Shown: positions 46,699-58,671, counted from the first letter of the stretch. The stretch: 64,000 nt of DNA from Rhynchopus sp. YZ270_cl-10 (GCA_964035575.1 OZ037839.1:992001-1056000), one strand, 5' to 3'. The notes: generated from the sequence alone by a model not told the origin. A program made the numbers and translations.

Positions 46699-47268
46699 GG
46701 TTGAACCACGGGAGTACCATGGGGAACTGGGTTGCTGACCGCATCATCCAGTCTGTACCTCAATTTTTTTTTGCCTGCGGCGCCATTTTTCCTTTTTTGC
46801 TCCGCAAAAAAGGTTTCATTGAGTGAGTATGTGATGTAAAAGCTACCGTACCTTAATTTTTTTTTCGCCTGCGGCGCCATTTTGTATTATTTTTTTTTGC
46901 TCCGCAAAAAAAAAGCACAGACATACAGTTCCCAATGTCCCTGGTCAACAGTGCTGAAAAATTTTTTGAGCATAAAAACAAGCTGACCCCAAACGAGGGG
47001 AGAAAAGCGCCTCGCCTCCCTGCACTGGCAGGGAGTCGCGCGCGCGACCGCTTTTACGGGGGGAAAGCTCGGGGACCCCAAATCACCCCCCATTTTGGCC
47101 AAAAGGGGTGATTGGCGAGAGCCCTGGCTGTTGCAAAAAAAAAAAAACAAAAGAAAAAAAGTATCAGCAAACGACACGAAAGCACGAAGACACTCTGGAG
47201 ATAACAAAAGGCTGAGGGACATTGCATTCTGATCCAAAAAAACATTTTTTTTTCGAAAACTTTTTTTA

Positions 47269-47771
47269 CACGGGTCGGGAAAGATCTTTTTTTTTTTTTT
47301 TTTTTTCGAGAAAAAAAATCCTCTTCTCCCGAAAAAAAAAAAAAAAAAAAGATTTTTGGGAGAAAAAAAAAAAGAGAAAAGATTTGAAAATCCTGGGAAA
47401 ATCCTGAAAAAATCCTGAAAAATCCTGGAAAAATCCATGAAATTTCATGAAAAATCTCGAGATCTTGAGAAATCTTTGAAAAAAAAAAAAAAGATTTTCA
47501 AAATCTTTTTTTTTTTTTTTCCCAAAAAGATTTTTCAAAATCCCAAAAATCTTTTTTATCTTTTTTTTGAGAAAAAAAAGATTTTCAAGATCTTTTTCAT
47601 CTTTTTTTCTCTTTTTTTCCTTTTTTTTTCAGGATTTTTCAAAGATCTCAAAGATCTCGAGAGATCCTGAAAAAAAAAGACAAAAATCCTGAAAATCTTG
47701 ATTTTTTTTTTTTTTCTCCCGAGATTCTCGAAAAAAGACAAAAAAAGACAAAAGATCTTTCCCGACCCGTG
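47269..47771. mobile_element. AT-rich MITE
   Basis: TIR CACGGGTCGGGAAAGATCTTT / AAAGATCTTTCCCGACCCGTG. Confidence 0.75.
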
Positions 47772-48176
47772 TTTTTAACCATTCCTTTTATTAGGGAACG
47801 GAGCATCGGTCCTGGAAGCTCCAAGAGAAAATGGAGTCAGCGGGCTTAATAGGAAGTTGCCTTTCCTAAACGTGCACATAACTGGCAAAAAGGGGAGGTG
47901 TCGTCACTCACCTATATCATCATTGAAAAACCATTGCTTACCAATGGTACACTCCGATACTGTTGCCCCTGTTCTTCATTTTTTTTTGATAAATTATTGG
48001 AGTAGTGCTGTTGCCTCGGTTGTGCAATATCCACTGTTTTTTTTTTTCTTCTTTTTTTTGCGATTTTCTACCAAACTCTCAGGGACTCTCCAACAAGCTC
48101 AATGGATGATCTGATACCCTGTTTTCTGCCACAGAACCGCCTTCTTCTTACCCCTCTCTCTCTCTCCCTTCCCCCC

Positions 48177-49346
48177 TCACGCCTCCTCCGGCACACTGAT
48201 CAGACTTTCTACACGCAGTCGCTGTGCCGCCCCTCTGCCTTCCCCCGGGGGAGCTACCTCTGGCGCTATCACCCTCCCAGAGCAAGGTGACAGCTCAAAG
48301 TTCCAGAACAGGCTCGTCCAATGATCCATGATCTCTCCCGATGAAATGGCCCACTGTTTGAGACATGAGTCGCCAACCTGGGGGCCCACCCCGCTGGTCA
48401 CCACATACTTCCCGCATGGGGTGAAGCGAACCCTCCGCACGCAGTGGCAGTGCCGTAATATCAACGTCGTCTCCCCGGTGCCGAGGTTCAGGACCCGCAC
48501 GTTGTTGTTCCCTCTGCAGCTTACGAGGACAAATTTGAAGCAGGGCGATACGTCGATGCACAACGGCTTCTCGGAGAGCTGCACCTCACGCACTTGTTCT
48601 CCTGTTGTGATGCGCCAGATGCGTATCAAATATCCGCCGGAAGTTGCCAAATACTTCGAAGATCCGGTTAGTTTACATTCAAAACCCTCACCTCCATGAG
48701 GGATCCACGAACGCACCAGACCTCCAGTCTTAGCAGAGTGGATGTTCAGGGAGAACACATCTTTGTCAGAGGTCACCGAGACCACAGAGCGGTTGCATGC
48801 TGTGACAGACACATTGTAGGCTTCATGCCGTGACAGCGTTGTTACGTCTTCGCTCTCAACATCGATACGATGCACGCCAGTCTGCCCTGCATGGTACACC
48901 CATTTGAGACACGGGCTGGAGGCAACCGAATAGAGCCCAGGGTCGTTGCTGCGGAGGGTTTTGGTGCAGACTGCTGTTGATGTGTCCCAGATTTCGATGT
49001 GAGCTGGGGTGCTGCTTACACCGATGATGCAGCGTGATCCGCAGGGTGATAACGCAAGCGACAGACTGCGTCCCTGCACGGTGTATGTCGTAGGGCTGAG
49101 GATGTTGGCGAAGGTGCGGGTCGCAAGGTAGATTGTGTCGCCGTTGCTGATGTGCACATCCGCAACGTTGTTGGCGTTGTCAAGAAAGGTCTGATCTGCA
49201 AGCAGCAGCTCTGTGCTATACGCAGCCGTTTTGCGCCGTAGGTGTGCCCGGCAGGCCTTCCTCTTGAGACTCCACACTGTCTCCCCATCGGAGACCTGAA
49301 GAACGCAGATACTCCCCGTTGAACGCAAGACGCAGCGTATTTCCAT
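48177..49346 (-). CDS. Ubiquitin-like domain + WD40-repeat protein, 389 aa
   Basis: ATG at 49346; MEIRCVLRSTG...ETVWSLKRK...ISNGDTIYL (Ubl-like); WD blades LALSPCG..IEIWD, LATSGGYLIRIWR, VRFTPCGKYVVTSG..LKQW. Confidence 0.8.
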   Translation of the reverse strand: MEIRCVLRSTGSICVLQVSDGETVWSLKRKACRAHLRRKTAAYSTELLLADQTFLDNANNVADVHISNGDTIYLATRTFANILSPTTYTVQGRSLSLALSPCGSRCIIGVSSTPAHIEIWDTSTAVCTKTLRSNDPGLYSVASSPCLKWVYHAGQTGVHRIDVESEDVTTLSRHEAYNVSVTACNRSVVSVTSDKDVFSLNIHSAKTGGLVRSWIPHGGEGFECKLTGSSKYLATSGGYLIRIWRITTGEQVREVQLSEKPLCIDVSPCFKFVLVSCRGNNNVRVLNLGTGETTLILRHCHCVRRVRFTPCGKYVVTSGVGPQVGDSCLKQWAISSGEIMDHWTSLFWNFELSPCSGRVIAPEVAPPGEGRGAAQRLRVESLISVPEEA

Positions 49347-49815
49347 TCTGCGTAGTGCACAACAATAATTTATAAAAAATGCAGCACAACGCAGTTCTGT
49401 TATAAAAAGTAGAGGGGAAGAGGGGGAGGAGAAGGAGGAGAAGGGAAAGGAATGGAGAAGGGATTTTTTATCCAAATGAAAAGGGTCTTTATTTTGAGAA
49501 TCTGTCTTTTTTTTTTTGAAAACTTTGTGTGGCAGAACAATTTTGTCCCATGCACTCCACTTTTCTACCTTTTTTGTTTTGTTTTCTTTTTTGCTTTTTG
49601 AAAACTTGGTTGTATCAGTGTAGACACCCGAGGATGAACTCCACTAGTTTTTTTTTGGTGCGAGCATACATGCCCGAGCATTGTATGGATACGAGAGGGG
49701 GGTATTTTTTTGAGAGGGAATACGATCTACTGAGAAACAAACAAACAAAAAAAACATGGGGGGCACTCTGAGGGAGGGGTAATGTGGCTACAGGGGGTGG
49801 GGGTGTGCGACTACA

Positions 49816-50090
49816 TACACGACGGGACCCAATGACAAGTGACAAGTGAATCACTTGTCATATTTATGACAAGTGAAATGACAAAAAAGTCACTTGTCAA
49901 GACAAGTGAGCCACTTGTCATGACAAGTGATTTTCTATTGGGATATAGGCTATTTACTTGTCATGACAAGTGACTAACTTGTCATGACAAGTGATTCACT
50001 TGTCATTCACTTGTCATTTACTTGTCACCCATTTCACTTGTAATTCACTTGTCATTTTCACTTGTCACTTGTCACTGGGTCCCGTCGTGT
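49816..50090. mobile_element. MITE built of ACAAGTG/CACTTGTC units
   Basis: TIR tacacgacgggaccca / tgggtcccgtcgtgta. Confidence 0.75.
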
Positions 50091-51088
50091 AGCTCTCGGC
50101 TACTTATGAGAGCGGCCTTGCAAACAACAGCAACAGTTACAACAAACAGCACAATGGGGCCATCCGTTCTTGGTTCGTTAAAGCGGAGCGGGAAGAGTGG
50201 GTGGGGGAGGCTAAGTGAAACGAGGTGTGAAACAGCGGGAGAAAACAAATAAAAAACACTACACAACGGGTGTCTACACTAATACAACCAAGTTTTCTAT
50301 ATAAAAAAAAACTGTGGGCAAGGGAAGGAGGGCAAGAAAGAGTTTTTTTTTTTTCCGGGGGGGCTCGCCTCACTACGCCTACCTTCTTTGGATTGTTATG
50401 GATTACGTGGTCTGATACCCCGCATCGGTACTGGGAAGGATAGTGCCCCGCTTTTTTTTTTTTCCCCCTTTTTTTTTTGAAAACTTTGACAACGTGTACC
50501 CGGCAATCCACGTTCCTTTTCTTCTTTTTTTGAAAACCTCGTATTGTATTAGTGTAGACACACCCGGTGTGTTGGATCAAATGAAAGGGGAAAACTATAA
50601 AATATGTTGAACAACAGTCAAAACTGATGTTCGCCCCATTTTCACATCACAGCTCCCTCTCTTCCACACCCCCCATCACCATTTATTGCCTTCATTTCGA
50701 AGGCACCCCCTTCCCTTGCTACCTCGTGGGAGTACGATTACCGCCAGAGTAGCATAACATATTTTTTTAAAAAAAATATGTAGTTATTGATTGGATGCTC
50801 CAAAGTACCCTGCAGCCAACAGAAGGTGTAAAAAAAATGTAATGGCTTCCCGCACCGTAATGTAATGCAAAATTATTACGCATCCAGTCCACGTTTGGAT
50901 AAAGAAAACCAGAGACGAAAGGGGGGTTTGGAGGGAAGAGTTAAATTCTTGAATGCATCCCCACACTCAGTCATACTACGTTAATAAGAACCCAAGCTTC
51001 TCTGTACTCGCCGTCGCCCTGCAAAAATAAATCTCATGACGTCCCCACCCACATATTTTCCTCTTTTCCCACTCCCTTTTCACTTCTC

Positions 51089-52527
51089 TTATTGCCCCGA
51101 AATCGAGAGCGCAGCCAGCTGCCGGAGTGCATCCAGGCTTCGTTCTTCATCTTCGTATCGGGTGTGGGAGCCGAGGGAGTCGCTGCGCTTTCGCTTTTTC
51201 CTTGGGGCAGTGGAGGGGGCGTGTGGTGCGTGGGGTATGTCTGCGTGGAAGGGTGGTGGTGGTGTCTGCAGTGCTGCGAAGTAACGCCCGGCGCGGAGCT
51301 TCCTGCGTGCTTTCTCGTCCTTGGTCTCAAGGATTGAGGACACAACGTCGCTGGCGATTTTCCCGCAGCCTAGGTCGTCGTCATCGTCATCGTCGTCGTC
51401 TTCTGAAGCACTCTCGCTCCCTGTAGCCTCACCGTGTACGCCAAGGCGTATGAGCTCCTGTAGTTGTGGTTATGGTTGTGCCTAGGTAACGTCTTAAAAG
51501 TAGTGGTCGTAATCGTAAAAAAATGTTCGACCGTAAAAAAAGGTACTTCCAGAAAAATCCTGAAAAGGTCGAACATTAGTGCGGTCGATAATTTGTACGA
51601 ATAGCGTTGTTGGGGGCACCTCCCGGCACTTTTACGACCTGAAACCACAGAAAAGGGAAAATCGAGACAATGTTTGGCATCGACCCTTATTTGAACTCTA
51701 CTTTAACAAAATAGTTGGCATTAAAACAAAACACCTCTTCGCACAGACACACATACCTCACGCCAGAAGGTTGCTTCATGCCCTTTTTGTTCGTTCTCAA
51801 TGTCTTCCTCTTCTCGGCGTTGTATCTTCTGTGCCTCTGCCCGCCAGAGGTCTGGGTCTTGGTCTGCTGTCCTCCGTATGACTTCCCGGCGCCAATGGTC
51901 AGGATCTGCGGCTTGCGCAGCTGCCTTTTGCCGCTTTTTTAATCTCCCTCTGCAATGTCTCTTACGTGACCGTGATGCCAACGCCTTTTGCCTTTCCTGC
52001 TTAAAAGCTTCTAGAACAGCTTTCGGGTCTGCACGAAGGCGCTCGACTGTACCAGGATGGGACAACAGGTCATATCGGCGTACACTCTGTTTGAATTGCA
52101 ACAAACGCTGCGAAAAGTCTCGTTTTGACACCCTAGTGGGGTTGGGTGTCAGCGCAAGCCCGTATGGGGGGTCCGTTCCAGCTAGGATGAAGGACAAATA
52201 GTTGAGGTACCCCGGCAGCATCAAACCCATGAGGACGTGTTTTCCGTTTTTGCGCATCCGGCTTGCAACGTTTGCACGGACACGTGCAGTGTCGGGGACA
52301 ACGCCAACCTCGCTGCGGTACTCTGCGTCCCACTCAGCAAGCAGCGCGTGGTACACCTCCTCCCAAGGGGGCGGCAGCGACGCCAGGAAGCATCGGATGC
52401 GTTCCTTCTCCGCTGCCTCGTCGCAGGCGTCCTCGAGTGCGGGCAGGCCTTCGCACAGTGTGTCCTGTGCCGCACCACCCTCATAGTGTTCAGGAACACA
52501 CCATGGGTCAGTTGCAATGTGCCCCAT
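51089..52527 (-). CDS. Two-exon gene (52527-51757, 51457-51089), ~379 aa, with a divergent SLBP/histone-hairpin-binding-like domain
   Basis: GAG|GTATGT donor and CAG|GAG acceptor give a 299-bp phase-0 intron with both exons open; motif GYLNY...TPNP..SKRDF...FKQSVRRYD resembles the SLBP RNA-binding domain. Confidence 0.6.
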
Positions 52528-52538
52528 GGGAAAAGGCC

Positions 52539-53754
52539 TGAGGGAAGTGGTGAGGGAAGTGAGAGGGAAGTGAGGGAAGTGAGGGAAGTGAGGGAAGTGA
52601 GGGAAGTGAGGGAAGTGAGGGAAGTGAGGGAAGTGAGGGAAGTGAGAGGGAAGTGAGGGAAGTGAGAGGGAAGTGAGGGAAGTGAGGGAAGTGAGGGAAG
52701 TGAGGGAAGTGAGGGAAGTGAGGGAAGTGAGGGAAGTGAGGGAAGTGAGGGAAGTGAGGGAAGTGAGAGGGAAGTGAGGGAAGTGAGGGAAGTGAGGGAA
52801 GTGAGAGGGAAGTGAGGGAAGTGAGAGGGAAGTGAGGGAAGTGAGGGAAGTGAGGGAAGTGAGGGAAGTGAGGGAAGTGAGGGAAGTGAGGGAAGTGAGG
52901 GAAGTGAGGGAAGTGAGGGAAGTGAGAGGGAAGTGAGGGAAGTGAGGGAAGTGAGGGAAGTGAGGGAAGTGAGGGAAGTGAGAGGGAAGTGAGGGAAGTG
53001 AGAGGGAAGTGAGGGAAGTGAGGGAAGTGAGGGAAGTGAGGGAAGTGAGGGAAGTGAGAGGGAAGTGAGGGAAGTGAGGGAAGTGAGGGAAGTGAGAGGG
53101 AAGTGAGGGAAGTGAGAGGGAAGTGAGGGAAGTGAGGGAAGTGAGGGAAGTGAGGGAAGTGAGGGAAGTGAGGGAAGTGAGGGAAGTGAGGGAAGTGAGG
53201 GAAGTGAGAGGGAAGTGAGGGAAGTGAGGGAAGTGAGAGGGAAGTGAGGGAAGTGAGAGGGAAGTGAGGGAAGTGAGGGAAGTGAGGGAAGTGAGGGAAG
53301 TGAGGGAAGTGAGGGAAGTGAGGGAAGTGAGGGAAGTGAGAGGGAAGTGAGGGAAGTGAGGGAAGTGAGGGAAGTGAGGGAAGTGAGGGAAGTGAGAGGG
53401 AAGTGAGGGAAGTGAGGGAAGTGAGGGAAGTGAGAGGGAAGTGAGGGAAGTGAGAGGGAAGTGAGGGAAGTGAGGGAAGTGAGGGAAGTGAGGGAAGTGA
53501 GGGAAGTGAGGGAAGTGAGGGAAGTGAGGGAAGTGAGAGGGAAGTGAGGGAAGTGAGGGAAGTGAGGGAAGTGAGAGGGAAGTGAGGGAAGTGAGAGGGA
53601 AGTGAGGGAAGTGAGGGAAGTGAGGGAAGTGAGGGAAGTGAGGGAAGTGAGGGAAGTGAGGGAAGTGAGGGAAGTGAGAGGGAAGTGAGGGAAGTGAGGG
53701 AAGTGAGAGGGAAGTGAGGGAAGTGAGGGAAGTGAGGGAAGTGAGGGAAGTGAG
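52539..53754. repeat. (GGGAAGTGA)n satellite with GGGAAGTGAGA variants, block 1
   Basis: Direct reading. Confidence 0.99.
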
Positions 53755-54478
53755 GGGGGTCTCTTTAGGATAAAATATGGGGGGAAAGGTCTTTTTTGGT
53801 TAATAGCGCCGAAAAAACGGCAGCGAGGTATGTGGTCATGAGGGCGAGACTGGGGAAACACAACACAAAATACTGATGAAGGTGGTGGTGAGATTTCCCC
53901 GTAACGTCCTCAACCAACCTTGCCGAAGCAAGTGGTAAGCAATAACAACAAAAGGGCACGTAGCAATAGAGAAATGGTACGCGCAAAAAAAAAATATATC
54001 CATAGCGAAAAAGGGGGAGGGGGAAAAGACTTTCTTATTCGCGACATATTTTATCCTAGAGACCCCCCTGGCGTAGCAAAGCTACTTAAACAAGTTTACA
54101 GTATGGGGGTCTCTTTAGGATAAAATATGGGGGGAAAGGTCTTTTTTGGTTAATAGCGCCGAAAAAACGGCAGCGAGGTATGTGGTCATGAGGGCGAGAC
54201 TGGGGAAACACCCGTCGCTCGTGCCCTGACCTGTGCCCAACTTTGACGCCACACTGAGGTAGCGTTCTCCACGTGAGAAGCATAATCTCCAATACTGTCT
54301 CATGACAGAAAACAACTCCGAACACAAAAAATATGGCACGAAAAAACGTAACGTAGGTAAAAAACAGCCCCACGCGAAACACACGCACGAAACATCAAAA
54401 ACAACAACCTTGACTCGACCATTCGCACTCCGACGACCAGAAAAAACAAAGCCACACCCTAGAAAATAGAAAAAACAT

Positions 54479-56200
54479 CTACTGCAGGACATCGTCAGAC
54501 ACTCTCCTCCCCGACGCCTCCTCCACGACGTGACCAAACCTGTTGGGACTCAAACTCACGCCCTGACCTGCCAGCTTCTGTCGGGACCCCCAGTCGGCGG
54601 GCATCTCGTCGGTCTTAATCCACCTGATGTGAAGGTGTGCCTTCGCTGCGGAGAGTCGCGTGCTCATCCTCCTCAGAATGGAGTTGCCCAGGCGGGTGCG
54701 GGAGTGGCCTCTCCTGAGGACATACTTCACCGCCTCGTTGTCCACGAAAAGAACGATAGCTGTGTGGCCGCCCTCCAAAGCTGCTGCCATGCCCTTCTCA
54801 GCCGCACGCAGCTCCAACACAAACATCTCTCCAGAGGTGTGCGTCGATTCCCACCGTCCGTGCCTTTCGACGCCAGAAAAAGAGTTCTGCAGCTTCGACA
54901 CCCAGCCCCAGCCTGTCGTGGACGCGTCGGTCCATACTGCGATGGAGAAATGTATCGGGGGCGGAGAGGGGAAGGGAACCGTCACACAAGTCTGAATGTT
55001 CGCCACAGCGAAAGCTGCCAACTCCTCCTTCGTCGCAACGTGCATGGCCACGTCGTCATCCCATGACAGCTTCTTGCGGGAGACGAGTTGTGCTTTACTG
55101 CGCACGAACTGCAAAGTGTGGCAAAGAAAACATAGCTTGAAATCCAGGACGTACGCGGCTCTGAACACAAGTCCGCATACCTTCCACCATTTTCGTAGGG
55201 AACAGGTCTCCAGCTTCAGGGTGTCATGAATGATGCGTGATGACTTTAACCTCCACTCCTCTGGTAACGAAAAAGATTGCAACGGAAGGTTCCACACTAT
55301 GCCGATGAAGTCAACGACTTCAGCCGGTTTAGCCATGGACTTCTTCACGTTTACCTCCGCACCCGCACGCTGCAGACGGTCACGCACAAAAGCCGTCTTA
55401 GCCGCCGCCTCAGCAGGATATGCACCCCACACAAAAATGTCGTCAAGGTACACAACACCCCATTTGTTCAGAATGGGGCCAAGAAAAATCTCAGAAGTGT
55501 TCTGCGCGATGTACGGCGCGTACGCAAAACCCATGGGTAGACGCGCCCATCTAAACCAACGTCCCCCAGCCTGCACACAAAAATATTTGGACACCTCGGG
55601 TGAGAGGGGGAACTGGTGGAAATACCCCTTTAGGTCGGTCTGTTGAGCAAAGCGTGCGTTTGACACCTTAAGCATTGTTGCAAGCTTGTGGGGGTTGACC
55701 AGGGAGAAAGGCTGTGGCTTGGCGATCCTTTTGTTAACAGGACGTCCATCCACCACTAGCCTCCGCAGTTGCGGGTCACTCTTCGGGACGTCAAAAACGC
55801 AAACTGCGCCCTTCTTGCGGTCAGTCCGAGCAAGAGGAATCAATACCTTCGACTTCACGCACTCCGACACAAAAGAATTTGGGATTTTTGACTTCGGGCC
55901 AGGGAGCGGGATCGGTCCAGATAAAGCATCTGCAATCTTACGTCCGGAAGTACACCACTGCAGGAAATCAGAGTCCTTCCCTACCTCCTCAGCCATCCTG
56001 CGCACGGCCTCCAACACGATTAGGCCCGTGGGGAAAGAATCAAGGCTTTTCTTTATGATGGGGGGGGGCTTGCAGAGCCCCACGGGGAAGTAGTCGGGGT
56101 CAGGCACCTCTATCCCCTCGTCGCAGACTGGTAGGGGATATTTCGCCCCGTTGATCAGTGCAGCAACTGCAGGGTCTTCAGCTCCTCCGTCTCCCTCATC
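54479..56200 (-). CDS. Reverse transcriptase-RNase H (functional part of ORF 54479..57724; start uncertain)
   Basis: RLVVDGRPVN, DLKGYFHQF, LPMGFAYAP, YLDD; RNase H motifs WTDAS, LELRA, VDN, PADWGSR. Confidence 0.92.
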   Translation of the reverse strand, partial: DEGDGGAEDPAVAALINGAKYPLPVCDEGIEVPDPDYFPVGLCKPPPIIKKSLDSFPTGLIVLEAVRRMAEEVGKDSDFLQWCTSGRKIADALSGPIPLPGPKSKIPNSFVSECVKSKVLIPLARTDRKKGAVCVFDVPKSDPQLRRLVVDGRPVNKRIAKPQPFSLVNPHKLATMLKVSNARFAQQTDLKGYFHQFPLSPEVSKYFCVQAGGRWFRWARLPMGFAYAPYIAQNTSEIFLGPILNKWGVVYLDDIFVWGAYPAEAAAKTAFVRDRLQRAGAEVNVKKSMAKPAEVVDFIGIVWNLPLQSFSLPEEWRLKSSRIIHDTLKLETCSLRKWWKVCGLVFRAAYVLDFKLCFLCHTLQFVRSKAQLVSRKKLSWDDDVAMHVATKEELAAFAVANIQTCVTVPFPSPPPIHFSIAVWTDASTTGWGWVSKLQNSFSGVERHGRWESTHTSGEMFVLELRAAEKGMAAALEGGHTAIVLFVDNEAVKYVLRRGHSRTRLGNSILRRMSTRLSAAKAHLHIRWIKTDEMPADWGSRQKLAGQGVSLSPNRFGHVVEEASGRRVSDDVLQ

Positions 56201-57510
56201 CGTGCAGATACGTTCGTCGCGTTCAGGTATGCCGCTGTCTGCCCCACGTTGCTGTGTCGCAGGAGTAGACGCATTCTTTCGTTTGATGCCCCCTGCAGTT
56301 GAATCGCTTGCGCCGCTCCTCTCTTGAATGAGTGCATCCACGTCCCCTTTGGCATGACCTTGCGAATGCGCTCCATCAGCGACTCGAACTCTCGTGTGTT
56401 GCCCCCCATCACGGTGTTGTGGTGTTGCACAGTTCTCCAAAAAGACACCGCGATTGCTGTTAGAGGACCCGGAGGAAGATAGATGGGGGGGCGAGCCACC
56501 AGGACGCCCTTCTCCTTCGCAAATAGTTCTGCTCCTACCTTGATCGGCGACTCCCCTGCACAATGAATCTCGCGCCAATCCGATTTGTTCAGAAAACGTA
56601 GGTCTGGGACGCGGGACCTCGTCATGTAGGACATCGCAGCTAAAGCGGCGGCATGTTGGTCTCCGGCCTTGACAAGCTTGTTCACGCCGGTGATGACATC
56701 GGAGGGAGGAAGAGGTGGCGCCTGTCTCGGACGTACCGCCGCAGATAGTCTTCTGAGCGCCTTCTTTGCCCCCAATACACGGACCGTTGCGACCCCTCTG
56801 ATCCCTCGCCGCTTGCACTCTCGCAGGATCTTGCACATGTAGCCTACTACGGAGCGGGGGGCCGCCGTACGTAGCCTGCGGTGCGCGAACTGCAGAAGAT
56901 GCACTTCCTTGCTCAGATGAGGAGCAGTTGCGCAGCCCCTCAGGAAATCGCTCCACACTCGTTGCACCTCTCCTTGGGTCGTTGGGGCAGTCGCGTGCAG
57001 GTGCAGTTCGTCCCACGGAATCCTCTCGTGCATCGCCCTCCCCAGGGCCTTTCCATCCCTGATGGAGAAAAAGTTGTGGTCGACCAAATTGCGGGGACCT
57101 CCTTTCGCTCGTGGTAGCCGCGATGCGAATCTTGTCGTTGGGGAAGGTGGTGGAGACAGATTTGGAGGAGGGCATACGCCCCATCGTAGTGGTGCCGGCT
57201 CTTCTTCCGCTTGGTGCAGGCCAACGTGTAGGCTGTCTGGGCGCAAAGCTGCCTTGTTGTTCTTGTTTTGGCGCAAAGCTGCCTTCTTGTTGTTCTCTTT
57301 TGGGCGCAAAGCTGCCTTGTTGTTTGGGCGCAAAGCTGCCGAATTGTTGACCTTTTTGTCTTTGTCTTTTATCAGGCGCGAAGCTGCCAAATTGTTTTTG
57401 TCTTTGTTGTTGTTGTTGTTGTTGTTGTTGTTTTTGTTCTTGTTTTTGATTTTGATTTTGTTTTTTCTCAGGCGCAACGAAGCAGCCGATGTTTTTTGTC
57501 CCAGGTGCAC
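56155..57510 (-). CDS. Tyrosine recombinase
   Basis: R(VPDL)...HSFKRG...LRH...AAY catalytic set; low-complexity N-terminus; start uncertain. Confidence 0.88.
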   Translation of the reverse strand: MHLGQKTSAASLRLRKNKIKIKNKNKNNNNNNNNNKDKNNLAASRLIKDKDKKVNNSAALRPNNKAALRPKENNKKAALRQNKNNKAALRPDSLHVGLHQAEEEPAPLRWGVCPPPNLSPPPSPTTRFASRLPRAKGGPRNLVDHNFFSIRDGKALGRAMHERIPWDELHLHATAPTTQGEVQRVWSDFLRGCATAPHLSKEVHLLQFAHRRLRTAAPRSVVGYMCKILRECKRRGIRGVATVRVLGAKKALRRLSAAVRPRQAPPLPPSDVITGVNKLVKAGDQHAAALAAMSYMTRSRVPDLRFLNKSDWREIHCAGESPIKVGAELFAKEKGVLVARPPIYLPPGPLTAIAVSFWRTVQHHNTVMGGNTREFESLMERIRKVMPKGTWMHSFKRGAAQAIQLQGASNERMRLLLRHSNVGQTAAYLNATNVSARMRETEELKTLQLLH

Positions 57511-57569
57511 TGAAGCCGCTGGTTCGCTCTCCCACTTCCATCTCTCTCTGGTCAGTGGTGCCGTAGTTA

Positions 57570-58671
57570 CTACCTGCGAGGGGCGTAGGAATGGTTCCGA
57601 AAAAACCAGTTCGGGCGTTGGTTGGCACCTCCTCTGGAGTGCCGCGGCTTGTTTTCTGTTCTCGGACGCTTAGGTGCCCTTCCTCCCTGTGCATGAGATG
57701 TCGGAGCCTTTCTCTTCTGTCCAACCCCTGCTGCTGCCTTCAGGGCGGCTTTCCTGTCCGAGGAGACCCCGTTTGAGGCGGTCATGGATTTGGAGAAGGC
57801 CTGGGCCGCCTCCCATCCTTCCTTCGCCCGGATGCCTAGGTGCATCACAGAGTTGAGGAGACCGGACAGGATGTCGTTCGGTGGGGAACCTTCCAAGATG
57901 CTGAACATGATATCCATGCTCGCCTTGATGGCATCCCTGGCGTCCCCTTGCTCCCTTGGCAGGTACATCTCGGTGAGGCGGTTGCGGAGGGTAAGCAGCT
58001 GTACCTCCGAGAGCTCGTGCCATTTGTCCGGGACGAGCAGTACATTGTCCACTGTGAGCTTCTTGGTAGGGGCGGAAGCCTCGCCTTCGCTCTCGCTATC
58101 CCCGATGCTCGCATCCTTCTTCTCATCCTCTGACTTGTCCTCATGTGTAGGGAGGGGGGGGGGCAGGGTGTTGTGTGTTGGAACGAGGGGTGAAGTGCAC
58201 GGTGAGGCGTTCGCGCTCCTCGTCCCTCTCTGCGTCTCTCACGCTCTCCGCCGCAAACGCTTCAGCAACGGTGTTCACGGAGGCGGGAGGGGTAGGCACT
58301 TCGGGGGAGTGAGGCAGCTCGGCGTCGCCCTCCCTCACGACAGCTCCAAAAAGCTCGTCTCCCAGCCTCTTCCGGAGGACTCCAAGGAGCAAAAGAAGAC
58401 GCAGACAGGGAACATCTGTCCAGTCCGAGGGCACAGTTCCCGTGACGCGTGCCAACGCAGCGCGCACGTGTTCCTCCCCGAAATCTTCCTTCTCCCCCCG
58501 GAAATCCTCAAACGTCCGGACGCACAGCGCGCCCGTGACGGACTCCCAGGCGTTTCCCAGTGCAGACTTCACGGCGTCCGACGAATCCGCAACGATGTTC
58601 GCAACATCTCGCGACATCCGGAACGACCGTGACCCACTCTTGGCCCTGAGCGACTCCAGCGCTTCATCCAT
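57570..58671 (-). CDS. Gag-like ORF, with one frameshift in the poly-G at ~58155-58163
   Basis: MDEALESL... joins HEDKSEDEKK...VDNVLL (ORF 57570..58052) if the homopolymer is one base shorter. Confidence 0.7.

Noticed and set aside
53872..53932. CTGATGA...stem...GAAG hammerhead-like motif in the YR terminal repeat
   Set aside because: No GAAA directly after stem II, stems I and III not evident, and it lies antisense to the element
58155..58163. Programmed frameshift in gag
   Set aside because: Falls in a G homopolymer; more simply a sequencing or replication indel
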